Part shown: positions 38,757 through 48,114 of the stretch, in pieces
Position numbering within the stretch: the first letter of the stretch is position 1
Layout: each line of letters begins with the position of its first letter
Origin: Megasphaera sp.
GTDB taxonomy: Bacteria > Bacillota > Negativicutes > Veillonellales > Megasphaeraceae
Reading direction: 5' to 3'
DNA length: 64,000 nt
NCBI GenBank assembly: GCA_050874545.1
Contig: JBNMKW010000004.1
Coordinates: 3,184-67,183 of the forward strand
The notes under the pieces: model-generated
Database searches by the model: none
What the model saw: the letters and a program-made list of their open reading frames with translations, nothing else
What the model was told of the DNA's origin: nothing
Translations under genes and position numbers: made by a program

Positions 38757-38968
38757 ACTGCATCCCCATCCTAAATACAAAATATAGGTTTCTATATTGA
38801 ATTAAATTTTGCTTATGTTATAATGATGAAACAACTAGGATACTGCGCATCGTTTTCTCTGCTTAGTATCCTGTCTCAATGCACATAGATACCATTGTGC
38901 CAATTTAAATTATACCGTTTTTTCTTTTATTTTACAATTGTTTCTGTATACTGTAGGAGCAAAGAAAT

Positions 38969-39907
38969 ATGAAATCAAATCAAAAAACATCGTTAAAGAA
39001 ATTCTCCATTCCGTATCTCGCCTCGTTTATCGGCGGTCTGATTGTCGCGATTGGCATGAATGCCTTTTTTGTTCCCCATCATCTGCTGAGCAGCGGCATC
39101 GGCGGTATTGCTATTATGGCTTATTTTGCAACTGGATTTCCTATTGGTATTGGCATTTTTGTATTGAATATTCCTATTATGATCGCCTGCTATAAATACA
39201 TGGGACGGCAGTACACCATTCTAAGCATTGTCGGTACCGTACTATTTTCAGCACTAGTCGATGGAACCGCCTTTATGTCGGACTGGAACCTCATCAAAGA
39301 CCCTATGATTTCCTGTATCACCGGCGGCTTAGTTTCTGGGTTGGGTTTTGGCATCCTATATAAATACAACGGCAACAGCGGCGGCCTTGATGTCGTCGGT
39401 GCTATCGTCAAGAAATATTATTCTCTGGAAATGGGAAATGTTGTCATGGCTATCAATTCGATTATCCTAGCAGCTGCTGCTTATATGTTTTCTCTGGAAA
39501 TGGCCGTGTTGACGTTTGTCGGTTCCTATATTACCGCTTTTATTACTAACAAAGTAGTTATCGGCTTGAAACAGCGTAAATCCGTATTTATTATTTCCAA
39601 CCGCGCAGATGACATTGCCCATTTAATCATGCGGTATGTCGGACACGGCGCTACGTACTTTTATGGTCAAGGAGCCTATACGATGCAGGACAAACGCATT
39701 ATTTACGCTGCTATTAAACTAACTGAAATCGCCAAAGTCAAAGAAATCGTCAATAAGATTGACCCAGGAGCTTTCATGATTATCAGTGATGCTTCAGAAG
39801 TTGTCGGCCGCGGTTTTACCGCCCCATCAGTCAAATACCACACTTATCCCGGCGATTCCTTAGCTATGCCCCATACACGCAAACATATGCCGCCGGAAAT
39901 TAAATAA
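38969..39907 (+). CDS. YitT family membrane protein
   Basis: SSGIGG, NIPIM, SGGLDVV, GATYFYGQGAYT, IDPGAFM. Confidence 0.88.
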   Translation: MKSNQKTSLKKFSIPYLASFIGGLIVAIGMNAFFVPHHLLSSGIGGIAIMAYFATGFPIGIGIFVLNIPIMIACYKYMGRQYTILSIVGTVLFSALVDGTAFMSDWNLIKDPMISCITGGLVSGLGFGILYKYNGNSGGLDVVGAIVKKYYSLEMGNVVMAINSIILAAAAYMFSLEMAVLTFVGSYITAFITNKVVIGLKQRKSVFIISNRADDIAHLIMRYVGHGATYFYGQGAYTMQDKRIIYAAIKLTEIAKVKEIVNKIDPGAFMIISDASEVVGRGFTAPSVKYHTYPGDSLAMPHTRKHMPPEIK

Positions 39908-39924
39908 AAAAATTCGTTACTCAA

Positions 39925-40053
39925 ACAACAGGGCTGTCGCACAAAGCGACTAGCCCTGTTTTATTATTTCTTTTAAGTTTGTTCTTTTAATAATGCATAC
40001 GTTCTAAAAAAAATCCCCTGTATCAGCTTGATTTCAAACCAATACAGGGGGTA
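39925..40053. terminator. Two terminator hairpins between convergent yitT and lactate permease genes
   Basis: AACAGGGCT-GTCGC...GCGAC-TAGCCCTGTT plus T run; CCCCTGTAT...ATACAGGGG. Confidence 0.75.
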
Positions 40054-40073
40054 TCAATTACAATATTATTATC

Positions 40074-41690
40074 TTAGTGAAGGAAAATGCTTTGACCAAC
40101 GAAGCACACGATACCAGCTACTACAATGAAGAGAATGAAGTAACCAGCTACATTTTTCATAATCGTGCTAGGAAGAATGCTGTCACGCAATTCTTTGGCT
40201 TTGCCTTCATCTACTTTATTGGCACTGATATATGCTTCCAATGCCGGAGCAACAGCACCTACGCCGATAGCAATACTCTGCGGGGAGAACATTTTGCCAA
40301 TGCCTGCACCGCCGGAGTTAGTAGCTGCCAGCCACAAGGACAAGAGGCCGCTGTCGTACGAAGTCATACCCGTTGCTGCCATCTGTGTTGCAGCTGCAGT
40401 TTGCAGCGGCCCAAAGAGGACGTTCGCATTGGTACCAGAACCAGTAATAAATGCGCCCAACGCACCAACAAGCGGTGCAAATGCCGGGTAGAAGGAACCC
40501 GTTGCAGCAACAAGAGCGTTTGCAATCGTAGCTGTCATGCCGCTGTACGTCATCAATTTAGCGGTAACAACAACAGCGATGATAGTAATATACGTAAATT
40601 TCAAACCTTTAAATGTGTTTCCTAATACGCCAAGCATTTCACCTAAGCCTGTCTTTTGGACAGCACCGCCAATAAATGCGGAGAGGAAAATCATAATACC
40701 CGGTGTTGCAATCCAAACAAATGTGTACGGTTTTGCACCTTCACCCATGTAAATAGGAATAGATGTCTTGATGGAAGCAAGCGGTGCGTTAATAGCCGGG
40801 AGCAGTTTGGATGTAACGATTAACAGTACGAAAATCAAGATAAACGGCATCATAGCTGTAATGGCTTCACCCATTGGAACTTGACGAACTTCTGCATCCA
40901 CTTTGTATTCCGGATCGTTAGCAGGGAATACTTTAGCACATACAGCAATCGCACCCATAATGATGATGGACGGAACGATAACAGACAGTTCCGGACCCAT
41001 TGCCATGTTGATACCCAATTCCGGTAAAGACAATGCCAAGCCGGAAATTAACGTCGGAATGAATACGCCTTTCAGTGCTTTCGGACCGCCGCCCATAATC
41101 ATGACAACGAAGAACGGGCTGACTGTGTTCAAAATGAACAACTGAATGGCAATGAACTGACCTAAATGTACAGAATCCAAACCAGTCAAGGAAGCCAATG
41201 TTGTCGTCGGAATGGCAATAGAACCAAATGTCGTCGGAACGGAGTTAGCAACCAAGCAAGCCAAGATAGATTTCAGCGGGTGGAATCCTAGGCCAACCAT
41301 CATAGCTGCCGGAATAGCAACGGCAGTACCAAAACCAGCCATGCCTTCCATGAATGCGCCGAAGCCCCAAGCTAAGAGCAAGGACAAGATACGCATATCT
41401 GAGCTTACAGATGTCAAAATCGTTTTAATGGTTTCCATTGCTTTCGTATGTACTACCAAATTATACGTGAAAATAGCCGATGTGATAACCAGTAAAATTG
41501 GCCAAATTGCCAAGGCAACGCCTTCTAATGCCCCGGAGAGCATAATCCCCGATTCTTTACCGAACGGAACAACAGCAACGATAAATGAAATAATAGCTGC
41601 AATCAAGCAGGCTTTCCAAGCCGGTACTTTTAAAATAGCTAAGCCAACAATGAGCCACAGAAGCGGCAATACTGCAAGTAATACGTCCAT
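40074..41690 (-). CDS. lctP: L-lactate permease (LctP family)
   Basis: GFGAFMEGMAGFGTAVAI, ANSVPTTFGSI, GAFITGSGTNANVLFG, GKMFSPQSIA. Confidence 0.92.
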   Translation of the reverse strand: MDVLLAVLPLLWLIVGLAILKVPAWKACLIAAIISFIVAVVPFGKESGIMLSGALEGVALAIWPILLVITSAIFTYNLVVHTKAMETIKTILTSVSSDMRILSLLLAWGFGAFMEGMAGFGTAVAIPAAMMVGLGFHPLKSILACLVANSVPTTFGSIAIPTTTLASLTGLDSVHLGQFIAIQLFILNTVSPFFVVMIMGGGPKALKGVFIPTLISGLALSLPELGINMAMGPELSVIVPSIIIMGAIAVCAKVFPANDPEYKVDAEVRQVPMGEAITAMMPFILIFVLLIVTSKLLPAINAPLASIKTSIPIYMGEGAKPYTFVWIATPGIMIFLSAFIGGAVQKTGLGEMLGVLGNTFKGLKFTYITIIAVVVTAKLMTYSGMTATIANALVAATGSFYPAFAPLVGALGAFITGSGTNANVLFGPLQTAAATQMAATGMTSYDSGLLSLWLAATNSGGAGIGKMFSPQSIAIGVGAVAPALEAYISANKVDEGKAKELRDSILPSTIMKNVAGYFILFIVVAGIVCFVGQSIFLH

Positions 41691-41747
41691 AATCTACATT
41701 CACCCTTTCTTTTTACTACATACCCTTATTAAATACATAACCACGAT

Positions 41748-41789
41748 TCATATTCCCTTTATACCTTGTAAGGGATTTTCCGTTTTCAT
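41748..41789 (-). other. Candidate 13-codon upstream ORF (MKTENPLQGIKGI) in the lctP leader
   Basis: AAAGGAG 4 nt before ATG; lies downstream of a TTGCTT-N16-TATAAT promoter. Confidence 0.35.
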
Positions 41790-42219
41790 TAGACTCCTTT
41801 CTTTAATTTAGTAGTGTAAAGAACAACCTTTGTTATTATTATAATGCATTTTGCGAATAAAGCAACATTCTATTCAATTATTGCAACAAAGTTTTTTATT
41901 TATTCTTTTTTCGCATTTGACATAGAATCTATGCTTAAATGTTTAGATATCTGCTCAATGATATTTATATTACATCAACCTGTATCAAAAATAACATCTA
42001 TCCAGGCTATTCTATTTTTCTTATTTTTTCATAATGTACTATCCTATATATTATGAATATATCATATTTATAAATAAGCAAATGCGTATATGCATTTTAT
42101 TTTATGCTTTTATATCATAATAAATAGACTCATACAAACCAAAAAAATATGGTATAATAAATGCAATCCGGAAGTTCTTTCAAAACATACGGAAATGAAT
42201 CTACAAGGAGGACATCTCA

Positions 42220-42429
42220 ATGGCAGTAATTACAAAAGATACGGGTATTATTGCAGCTGTTCAAAAATATCCGCAAATCATCGAAATTTTCCAGCAGTAT
42301 GGTCTGGGCTGCGTAGGCTGCATGGCCGCTCATTTTGAAACAATCGGTGAAGGTGCCGGCGCACACGGCATTGATGTAGACGCACTGATTGCTGATATCA
42401 ATGACTGCATTGCTGATAAACAGGATTAA
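42220..42429 (+). CDS. DUF1858-family small CxxC protein
   Basis: IIEIFQQYGLGCVGCMAAHFETIGEGAGAHGID; AAGGAGG RBS. Confidence 0.85.
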   Translation: MAVITKDTGIIAAVQKYPQIIEIFQQYGLGCVGCMAAHFETIGEGAGAHGIDVDALIADINDCIADKQD

Positions 42430-42438
42430 TTTTTTATG

Positions 42439-42488
42439 TAAAAAAGCTGTAAGAAACGGATTTTTCATCCATTTCTTACAGCTTTTTC
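42439..42488. terminator. Bidirectional terminator
   Basis: AAAAAGCTGTAAGAAA...TTTCTTACAGCTTTTT. Confidence 0.85.
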
Positions 42489-42501
42489 TATATAACAGCC
42501 A

Positions 42502-42732
42502 TTATTTTACTTTTTCAAACCGATACGACTGTTCTGCCCGCGGATATTTTACTTTATCTACTTCACTCATAAAATCTTTGAGTGGACGCGCATAGGTTTT
42601 CATGGTGTCTTCCAACGCTTTATAAATAACAAATTTTTCGCCTGTTTCAGTATGTTCGGCAATCGTAATAATTTGATACGTCTTGTTTTTAAAGTGATGC
42701 CAAATTTCATTGGCTTTTGGTAATTCTCTCAT
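42502..42732 (-). CDS. DUF1653-family protein
   Basis: [29 protein letters not shown]...FMSEVD...YP...YRFE. Confidence 0.85.
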   Translation of the reverse strand: MRELPKANEIWHHFKNKTYQIITIAEHTETGEKFVIYKALEDTMKTYARPLKDFMSEVDKVKYPRAEQSYRFEKVK

Positions 42733-42854
42733 AATATGTCTTTCCCTCCTAATATGATAACCTGCTGTGTATTCAACACGACATGTTGAATGCTGTCTGA
42801 TATTATACCATACAATGCGCCAAAAATGTCATAGATACCGTAAAAACTTTTTCA

Positions 42855-43487
42855 TCACAGACTATGACTCTTACTATTTTTATCTAGCGCTGCTCTGCCT
42901 GCAGCCAAAGATTGCTGAGCCTGCGCGATGTTAATGCATTTACATTCTTTTTCCGCTACATCTACGCCCAATCGCTGCTTCGCTTCTTTTTTGATATATT
43001 TATACAAGCCATTAGGAAAATCCGGAACATTTACTGTCACGCCGCGCGGAAAAACAGCTTCCCGTTCCAGCGTATATTTGTCCGGATAAAGCCGCGTCGC
43101 CCGCGGATGATACATATCCACATACAAATAATCAACAAATTTTCCGCTCACATTCACAAGTTCAAACAAGTCAATCGTCCCAATAGTCTGTATTTTATGA
43201 AAAAAGACCATAGAACCCGTGCTCCGCAGCCGCAGTCGTGATAGATATGTAAATTCTCCAAACGGCCCATTGACAGGAATGGGATTGGTAATATCATGCC
43301 CAAACCGCCCCGATGCACTGCTGACTACATCACAATCTTCGCCGGCTTCTATTTTTTCTTTTAATGATGACGGCAATGTCTGATTTTGCATCGCAGCGGA
43401 ATTAAACAGCTGCAGCGCATCATCGTACATTTTTTCACTGCGCGTCTGATTCATCTCTTTACTAAAAAAATTTTCAAAGAATCCCAT
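42855..43487 (-). CDS. Conserved-looking hypothetical protein
   Basis: GGAGG RBS; motif GRFGHDITNPIPVNGPFGEFTYLSRLR; no function recognised. Confidence 0.7.
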   Translation of the reverse strand: MGFFENFFSKEMNQTRSEKMYDDALQLFNSAAMQNQTLPSSLKEKIEAGEDCDVVSSASGRFGHDITNPIPVNGPFGEFTYLSRLRLRSTGSMVFFHKIQTIGTIDLFELVNVSGKFVDYLYVDMYHPRATRLYPDKYTLEREAVFPRGVTVNVPDFPNGLYKYIKKEAKQRLGVDVAEKECKCINIAQAQQSLAAGRAALDKNSKSHSL

Positions 43488-43538
43488 GGTCATATCCTCC
43501 TAAAGCCGGACGCGGCTTATTTTTATCTATTATACCAT

Positions 43539-43572
43539 AAAAAACAGCCTGACGACGAGATGTCAGGCTGTT
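43539..43572 (-). terminator. Terminator after phoU
   Basis: AACAGCCTGAC-N8-GTCAGGCTGTT with T run on the minus strand. Confidence 0.8.
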
Positions 43573-43589
43573 CCATATATAGGAGAGGC

Positions 43590-44237
43590 TTAAATATGAA
43601 TTTCGTTTTTTTCGCGGTAAATAATCCATTCTGCAATATTATTGGCATGATCTGCCATGCGTTCTATATACTTGACAACCATGACAAAGGCGATATAATC
43701 ACGAGAATTTTCCGGATGCGCCGTAATTTCTGTAGAAATGACTTCCATCATATGGTTAAATGACATATCGACAATATCATCTTTGTCTTTCATCAATTCT
43801 GCCTGACTGCTGTCTTCGCCACGGTAAAAATCAAGAACGTCACTGACCATGGAAGACATGACGCCATACATTTCTTTTAAGCCCTCTGGAATTGGCACAT
43901 GATGGTGCGTTTTTTCCAAATGCATCACATAGTGGCATATATCTGCACAGTGATCTGCAATTCGTTCTAAATCAGACAAGATTTTTAATGTTGCCATCAA
44001 ACTGCGCCAATCCGAGGCTGCCGGACTTTGAAGCATGCTGATATTCAAATCTTTACGCATGCATTCTTTGACAAGACTATCTATTTCATCATCGCCTTTA
44101 TATATGGCATCAGCCAGCTCTACATCCATAGTTTCCAATGCTTTCCAGGATTTTTCAATGGCTGCTTCTATTTTAATCCCCAACGTCGTTACATCTTTAT
44201 TGAGTTCGGTAACAGCCGTTTCATAATTGCTTAACAT
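43590..44237 (-). CDS. phoU: Phosphate signalling protein PhoU
   Basis: SDLERIADH, DDIVD, YIERMADHANNIAE. Confidence 0.93.
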   Translation of the reverse strand: MLSNYETAVTELNKDVTTLGIKIEAAIEKSWKALETMDVELADAIYKGDDEIDSLVKECMRKDLNISMLQSPAASDWRSLMATLKILSDLERIADHCADICHYVMHLEKTHHHVPIPEGLKEMYGVMSSMVSDVLDFYRGEDSSQAELMKDKDDIVDMSFNHMMEVISTEITAHPENSRDYIAFVMVVKYIERMADHANNIAEWIIYREKNEIHI

Positions 44238-44258
44238 CGTCGCTGCAAGCCTCCTTTA

Positions 44259-45116
44259 TCAGCCAAACCGGCCAGTAATATATTCTTCCGTTTTAGGATT
44301 GGACGGGTTGGTAAACATATCTACAGTATTATTATATTCGATCAATTCTCCCAGCAGGAAGAAGGCCGTCTTGTCCGAAATGCGGCGTGCCTGCTGCATG
44401 CTGTGCGTTACAATAACAATCGTATATTTGTCTTTCAGCTCTAATGCCAAATCTTCAATTTTTTGCGTAGAAATCGGATCCAATGCCGATGTCGGTTCAT
44501 CCATCAAAATCACAGACGGATTGGCCGCCAGTGTCCTGGCAATGCACAACCGCTGCTGCTGGCCGCCGGAAAGACCTAAGGCACTTTTGTTCAGGCGATC
44601 CTTCATTTCATCCCAACAAGCAGCTTGACGCAGACTTTTTTCCACAATTTCTTCTAATTGTTTTTTATTGGAAATACCCTGAATACGCGGGCCGTAGGCA
44701 ACATTTTCAAACACACTTTTAGGAAACGGCGTAGGCTGCTGAAAGACCATGCCAACGCGATACCGCAGTGCCAGCGGATCTACTTCTGTAAAAATGTCTT
44801 TGCCTTCAAACAGAATTTTACCACTGACATGACAACCTTCTACCCAGTCATTCATCCGATTCAATGTCTTTAAAAAGGTAGATTTGCCGCATCCTGACGG
44901 GCCGATAAGTGCTGTAATTTCATGTTTTTTTATTTTTAGATTGATGTCTTTCAAAGCTTGCACTTTATCATAAAATAAATCCATGTGAGAAACATCAAAC
45001 GTGTATTCTATATTTTTTGTATTTTCCATCGCATTCACTTTGACAGCATCTGCTGTTTTCTCCTTTTTTGCAGATACGGCCCCAAAACCAGCCATTGTTG
45101 TTGTTATTTCAGCCAT
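44259..45116 (-). CDS. pstB: Phosphate ABC transporter ATPase
   Basis: [44 protein letters not shown]. Confidence 0.96.
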   Translation of the reverse strand: MAEITTTMAGFGAVSAKKEKTADAVKVNAMENTKNIEYTFDVSHMDLFYDKVQALKDINLKIKKHEITALIGPSGCGKSTFLKTLNRMNDWVEGCHVSGKILFEGKDIFTEVDPLALRYRVGMVFQQPTPFPKSVFENVAYGPRIQGISNKKQLEEIVEKSLRQAACWDEMKDRLNKSALGLSGGQQQRLCIARTLAANPSVILMDEPTSALDPISTQKIEDLALELKDKYTIVIVTHSMQQARRISDKTAFFLLGELIEYNNTVDMFTNPSNPKTEEYITGRFG

Positions 45117-46000
45117 TATCTGTTACCTCCCATTTTCTTATCAATACGATAACTCAAATACCGCGCAGCTAAACTAAACGATACAACGAGAATCATCAAG
45201 ATAGCCGAAGATGCTGCTGCTTGCTGAGCCGCATCCGCATGCAATGCTTCGGTACGAAGCGCCCAAATATGAAGTGCCAGCGTTTCACCGGGACGGAATG
45301 GGTTCAGCGGACAAGAAGACGCTGTAATATCCCAATTTTCCCAATCAATATCCGTGGACATACCGGCCGTAAACATCAAGGCTGCTGCTTCGCCAAAACC
45401 ACGGCCTGCTGCCATAATCAACCCAGTCATAATGCGCGGAAAACATGCCGGCAAGAGAATTCTCCAAATTGTCTGCCAATGAGAGGCTCCCAGTCCCAAG
45501 CTGCCGTTACGATAGCTGTCCGGCAAATTGCGCAGCGCATCTTCCGTAACGGATGTAACCAAGGGTAATGTCAAAATAGATACGGCTAAGGCGCCTGCAA
45601 ATAAATTCCATTGCGAACCCGTCATCACAATGAAGACCAAATAGCCGAACAGCCCTACAACGATAGACGGTAAAGAAGCCAACGTTTCAACGGCCATGCG
45701 AACCCAGCGGGTCATTCTGCCTTTTTTGGCATATTCGGCTAAATAAATGCCTGCCGGAATCCCCGTAATGGTGCTGGCAAGTAATGCCAAGAATACTAAG
45801 TAGAGCGTATTGAAAAACATATTGCCAAGTCCACTGCCGGAAAAGGATAACATCGACATATTCATGCCGCTAAAGCCTTCAACGACAACAAACGCAATAA
45901 ATGCAATCAAGAGAACAACCGCAAAACCAGCTCCGGCGATAAAAAGATTGGTCATAAACCGATCCATGCGTTGTTTCTGTTGAACACGCGATCCCATCAT
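45116..46000 (-). CDS. pstA: Phosphate ABC permease PstA
   Basis: [33 protein letters not shown]. Confidence 0.94.
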   Translation of the reverse strand: MMGSRVQQKQRMDRFMTNLFIAGAGFAVVLLIAFIAFVVVEGFSGMNMSMLSFSGSGLGNMFFNTLYLVFLALLASTITGIPAGIYLAEYAKKGRMTRWVRMAVETLASLPSIVVGLFGYLVFIVMTGSQWNLFAGALAVSILTLPLVTSVTEDALRNLPDSYRNGSLGLGASHWQTIWRILLPACFPRIMTGLIMAAGRGFGEAAALMFTAGMSTDIDWENWDITASSCPLNPFRPGETLALHIWALRTEALHADAAQQAAASSAILMILVVSFSLAARYLSYRIDKKMGGNR

Positions 46001-46920
46001 TTTCTTCCCCCCTTGATGCTAAAGGCTGCATTGAGTTGATGAATCAGGAAAATAAATAAGAAGGAAAGGCAAAATAGAAGTAATGCCAATGTCCATAAGG
46101 CAGCGCTATATTCGCCGCCTTCCATAGCACCGCCCATGTCAGCAGAAATAGCAGTCGTCATCGTACTTGCCGGTAAAAACAAGGATGTTGGAAATACTTT
46201 CATCTGACCGATAACCATGGCAACGGCTAAAGCTTCCCCTAACGCACGAGCCAAGCCTAAAATAATACCGGTAAAAATGCCGCTTTTTGCTGCCGGCAAC
46301 ACGACATGGGCAATGGTTTCCCAGCGCGTCGCACCTAGACCAAATGAAGCTTCCCGCCACGATTTAGGAACAGCTGCCATGGCATCGGCAGCCATCGTCG
46401 TAATCGTCGGAAAAATCATAACCGCCAGTACAATACCTGCAGCTAACACAGAAAAGCCAAAGGGCATGGGGAAAATTTTACGTAAAAAGGGAATGAGTAC
46501 GGTCATGCCTACAAAGCCATAGACAACCGATGGAATCCCTGTAAATAATTCAATAGCCGGCTGAATCAGACGCCGTGTTCTTGGTTCGGCAATTTCTGTC
46601 ATGAAAATTGCCGACGCAATACTAAACGGTAAGGTAATGAGTAACGCCAATGCACAGGTTGCCAGTGAACCGGCAATATACATACCAGCCCCGACTTGTC
46701 CTCCTCCTTCGGCGGTATCACTCGGATTCCATTGACCGGAAAAGATGAACTCCATAATACTATGTCCAAATTGAAAAAATGTATCTGTTCCTTTGATAAA
46801 GAGAAAGGCCCCAATGAGAAACGGCACCAGTGCCATACCGATGCCGCATATTGTAATGAAGGTCCGGGCTGCTTTCTCATTACGGTGGGCTTTAATCACC
46901 GCCGTATCGATTGCATTCAT
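45997..46920 (-). CDS. pstC: Phosphate ABC permease PstC
   Basis: ELFTGIPSVVYG, EASFGLGATRWET, ARALGEALAV; start at ATG 46920 with GGAGG RBS. Confidence 0.94.
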   Translation of the reverse strand: MNAIDTAVIKAHRNEKAARTFITICGIGMALVPFLIGAFLFIKGTDTFFQFGHSIMEFIFSGQWNPSDTAEGGGQVGAGMYIAGSLATCALALLITLPFSIASAIFMTEIAEPRTRRLIQPAIELFTGIPSVVYGFVGMTVLIPFLRKIFPMPFGFSVLAAGIVLAVMIFPTITTMAADAMAAVPKSWREASFGLGATRWETIAHVVLPAAKSGIFTGIILGLARALGEALAVAMVIGQMKVFPTSLFLPASTMTTAISADMGGAMEGGEYSAALWTLALLLFCLSFLFIFLIHQLNAAFSIKGGRK

Positions 46921-46938
46921 TACGTGTCCCTCCAACGA

Positions 46939-47814
46939 TTAGTGAACTTCTTTTGTTTGCATTTTAGAGCTTACGCCATAGCCAAGTTCTTCAATACGTT
47001 TGCCGTATTCATCGCCCGTTACGTATTCAATAAATGCTTTAACGGCTGCTTTGGGTTCTTTACTGGTATAAATATGTTCATACCCCCATACGCCATATTT
47101 GCCGCTGTATGTATTTTCCAATGTCGGTTCTACGCCATCAATAGAAACAACGTCAACAGATTTATCGTTAATCAAGTACGGAAGAGCTACATAACCAATA
47201 GCACCTGGGTTTTGAGCTACGCTCTGAATCAAAATACCGGAATTATCTGTTTCCAAGGATTTATTATCTGCTTCTTCAGCACCGTTGATAGCATACTGTT
47301 TAAAGAGCGCTCTAGTGCCGGACGTTTTCGGACGTGTTACCAAAACAATTGGCGTATCCTTGCCGCCAACATCTTTCCAGTTTGTAACTTTAGCCGTAAA
47401 AATATCTGCCAACTGCTGCCGTGTCAAATTCTTGACGCCTACATCTTTATTAATAATCGCAGCAACGGTCATGACGCAAACTTTATGGTCTGTCAATTTT
47501 TCAGCTTTTGCCTTATCCAGTTTAGTTTCAGCCGGTACATCAGAGTTGCCCATGTCAACGGAACCATCCGAAACTTGTTTAAGACCTGTGCCGGAGCCGC
47601 CTGCATTCAGCGTAATCGTTACATCTTTATTATTTACTTTGAATTTTTCTGCTGCATCTTTAACTAACGGCAATAATGCAGAAGAACCGGAACCGGTAAT
47701 ACTGCCTTTCACAGCAGCCTGTTTGCCGCCGTCACCTTGCTGACTGCCGCAGCCCGCTGCTCCTAATACCATCATAGCAGCCAATGCTGTGAGTATAACT
47801 TTTTTCAATTTCAT
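46939..47814 (-). CDS. pstS: Phosphate-binding lipoprotein PstS
   Basis: Lipobox AAG-C; GSGSSAL, GGSGTGL, SGTRALF, IGYVAL. Confidence 0.94.
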   Translation of the reverse strand: MKLKKVILTALAAMMVLGAAGCGSQQGDGGKQAAVKGSITGSGSSALLPLVKDAAEKFKVNNKDVTITLNAGGSGTGLKQVSDGSVDMGNSDVPAETKLDKAKAEKLTDHKVCVMTVAAIINKDVGVKNLTRQQLADIFTAKVTNWKDVGGKDTPIVLVTRPKTSGTRALFKQYAINGAEEADNKSLETDNSGILIQSVAQNPGAIGYVALPYLINDKSVDVVSIDGVEPTLENTYSGKYGVWGYEHIYTSKEPKAAVKAFIEYVTGDEYGKRIEELGYGVSSKMQTKEVH

Positions 47815-47871
47815 TATAAATCCGCTCCTTTAACACTTACCTGTATGTCGTCTTTTCTTAAGTACAACTTT

Positions 47872-47923
47872 ATCCTACCAAGTGTATGTAAGTTTCTTAT
47901 GTAAACAATGTAAAGTTTTGTAA
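47872..47923 (-). promoter_or_regulatory. Pho-box-like repeats and extended -10 upstream of pstS
   Basis: Four TTACA repeats on the minus strand (47887-47923) upstream of TG-G-TAGGAT. Confidence 0.65.
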
Positions 47924-47955
47924 AATATTTCTCTTTACGATTTCCTATAAAAAAT

Positions 47956-48031
47956 GGACTGCAGCAAAATAGACTAAAAAATCTCATTTTGCTGCAGCCC
48001 GTTTTACGATGCGATGTTAAGCGCATCGTAT
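47956..48031. repeat. Dispersed-family palindrome plus a second hairpin between phoR and pstS
   Basis: CTGCAGCAAAAT...ATTTTGCTGCAG; TACGATGCG-N8-CGCATCGTA. Confidence 0.7.
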
Positions 48032-48114
48032 ATCACATTGCTATTCATTTTCTTTACACTTCAAACTAAAAACTCTCACAGGAAGGAACATCGTGCATAA
48101 TAAAAGACGTTATA

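Noticed and set aside
41830-42219. Long AT-rich intergenic region as CRISPR array or ncRNA
   Set aside because: No repeat-spacer periodicity or stable structure; explained by divergent promoters.
46696-47743. 323-aa and 152-aa plus-strand ORFs antisense to pstS
   Set aside because: Antisense shadows of a codon-biased gene; composition is not protein-like.
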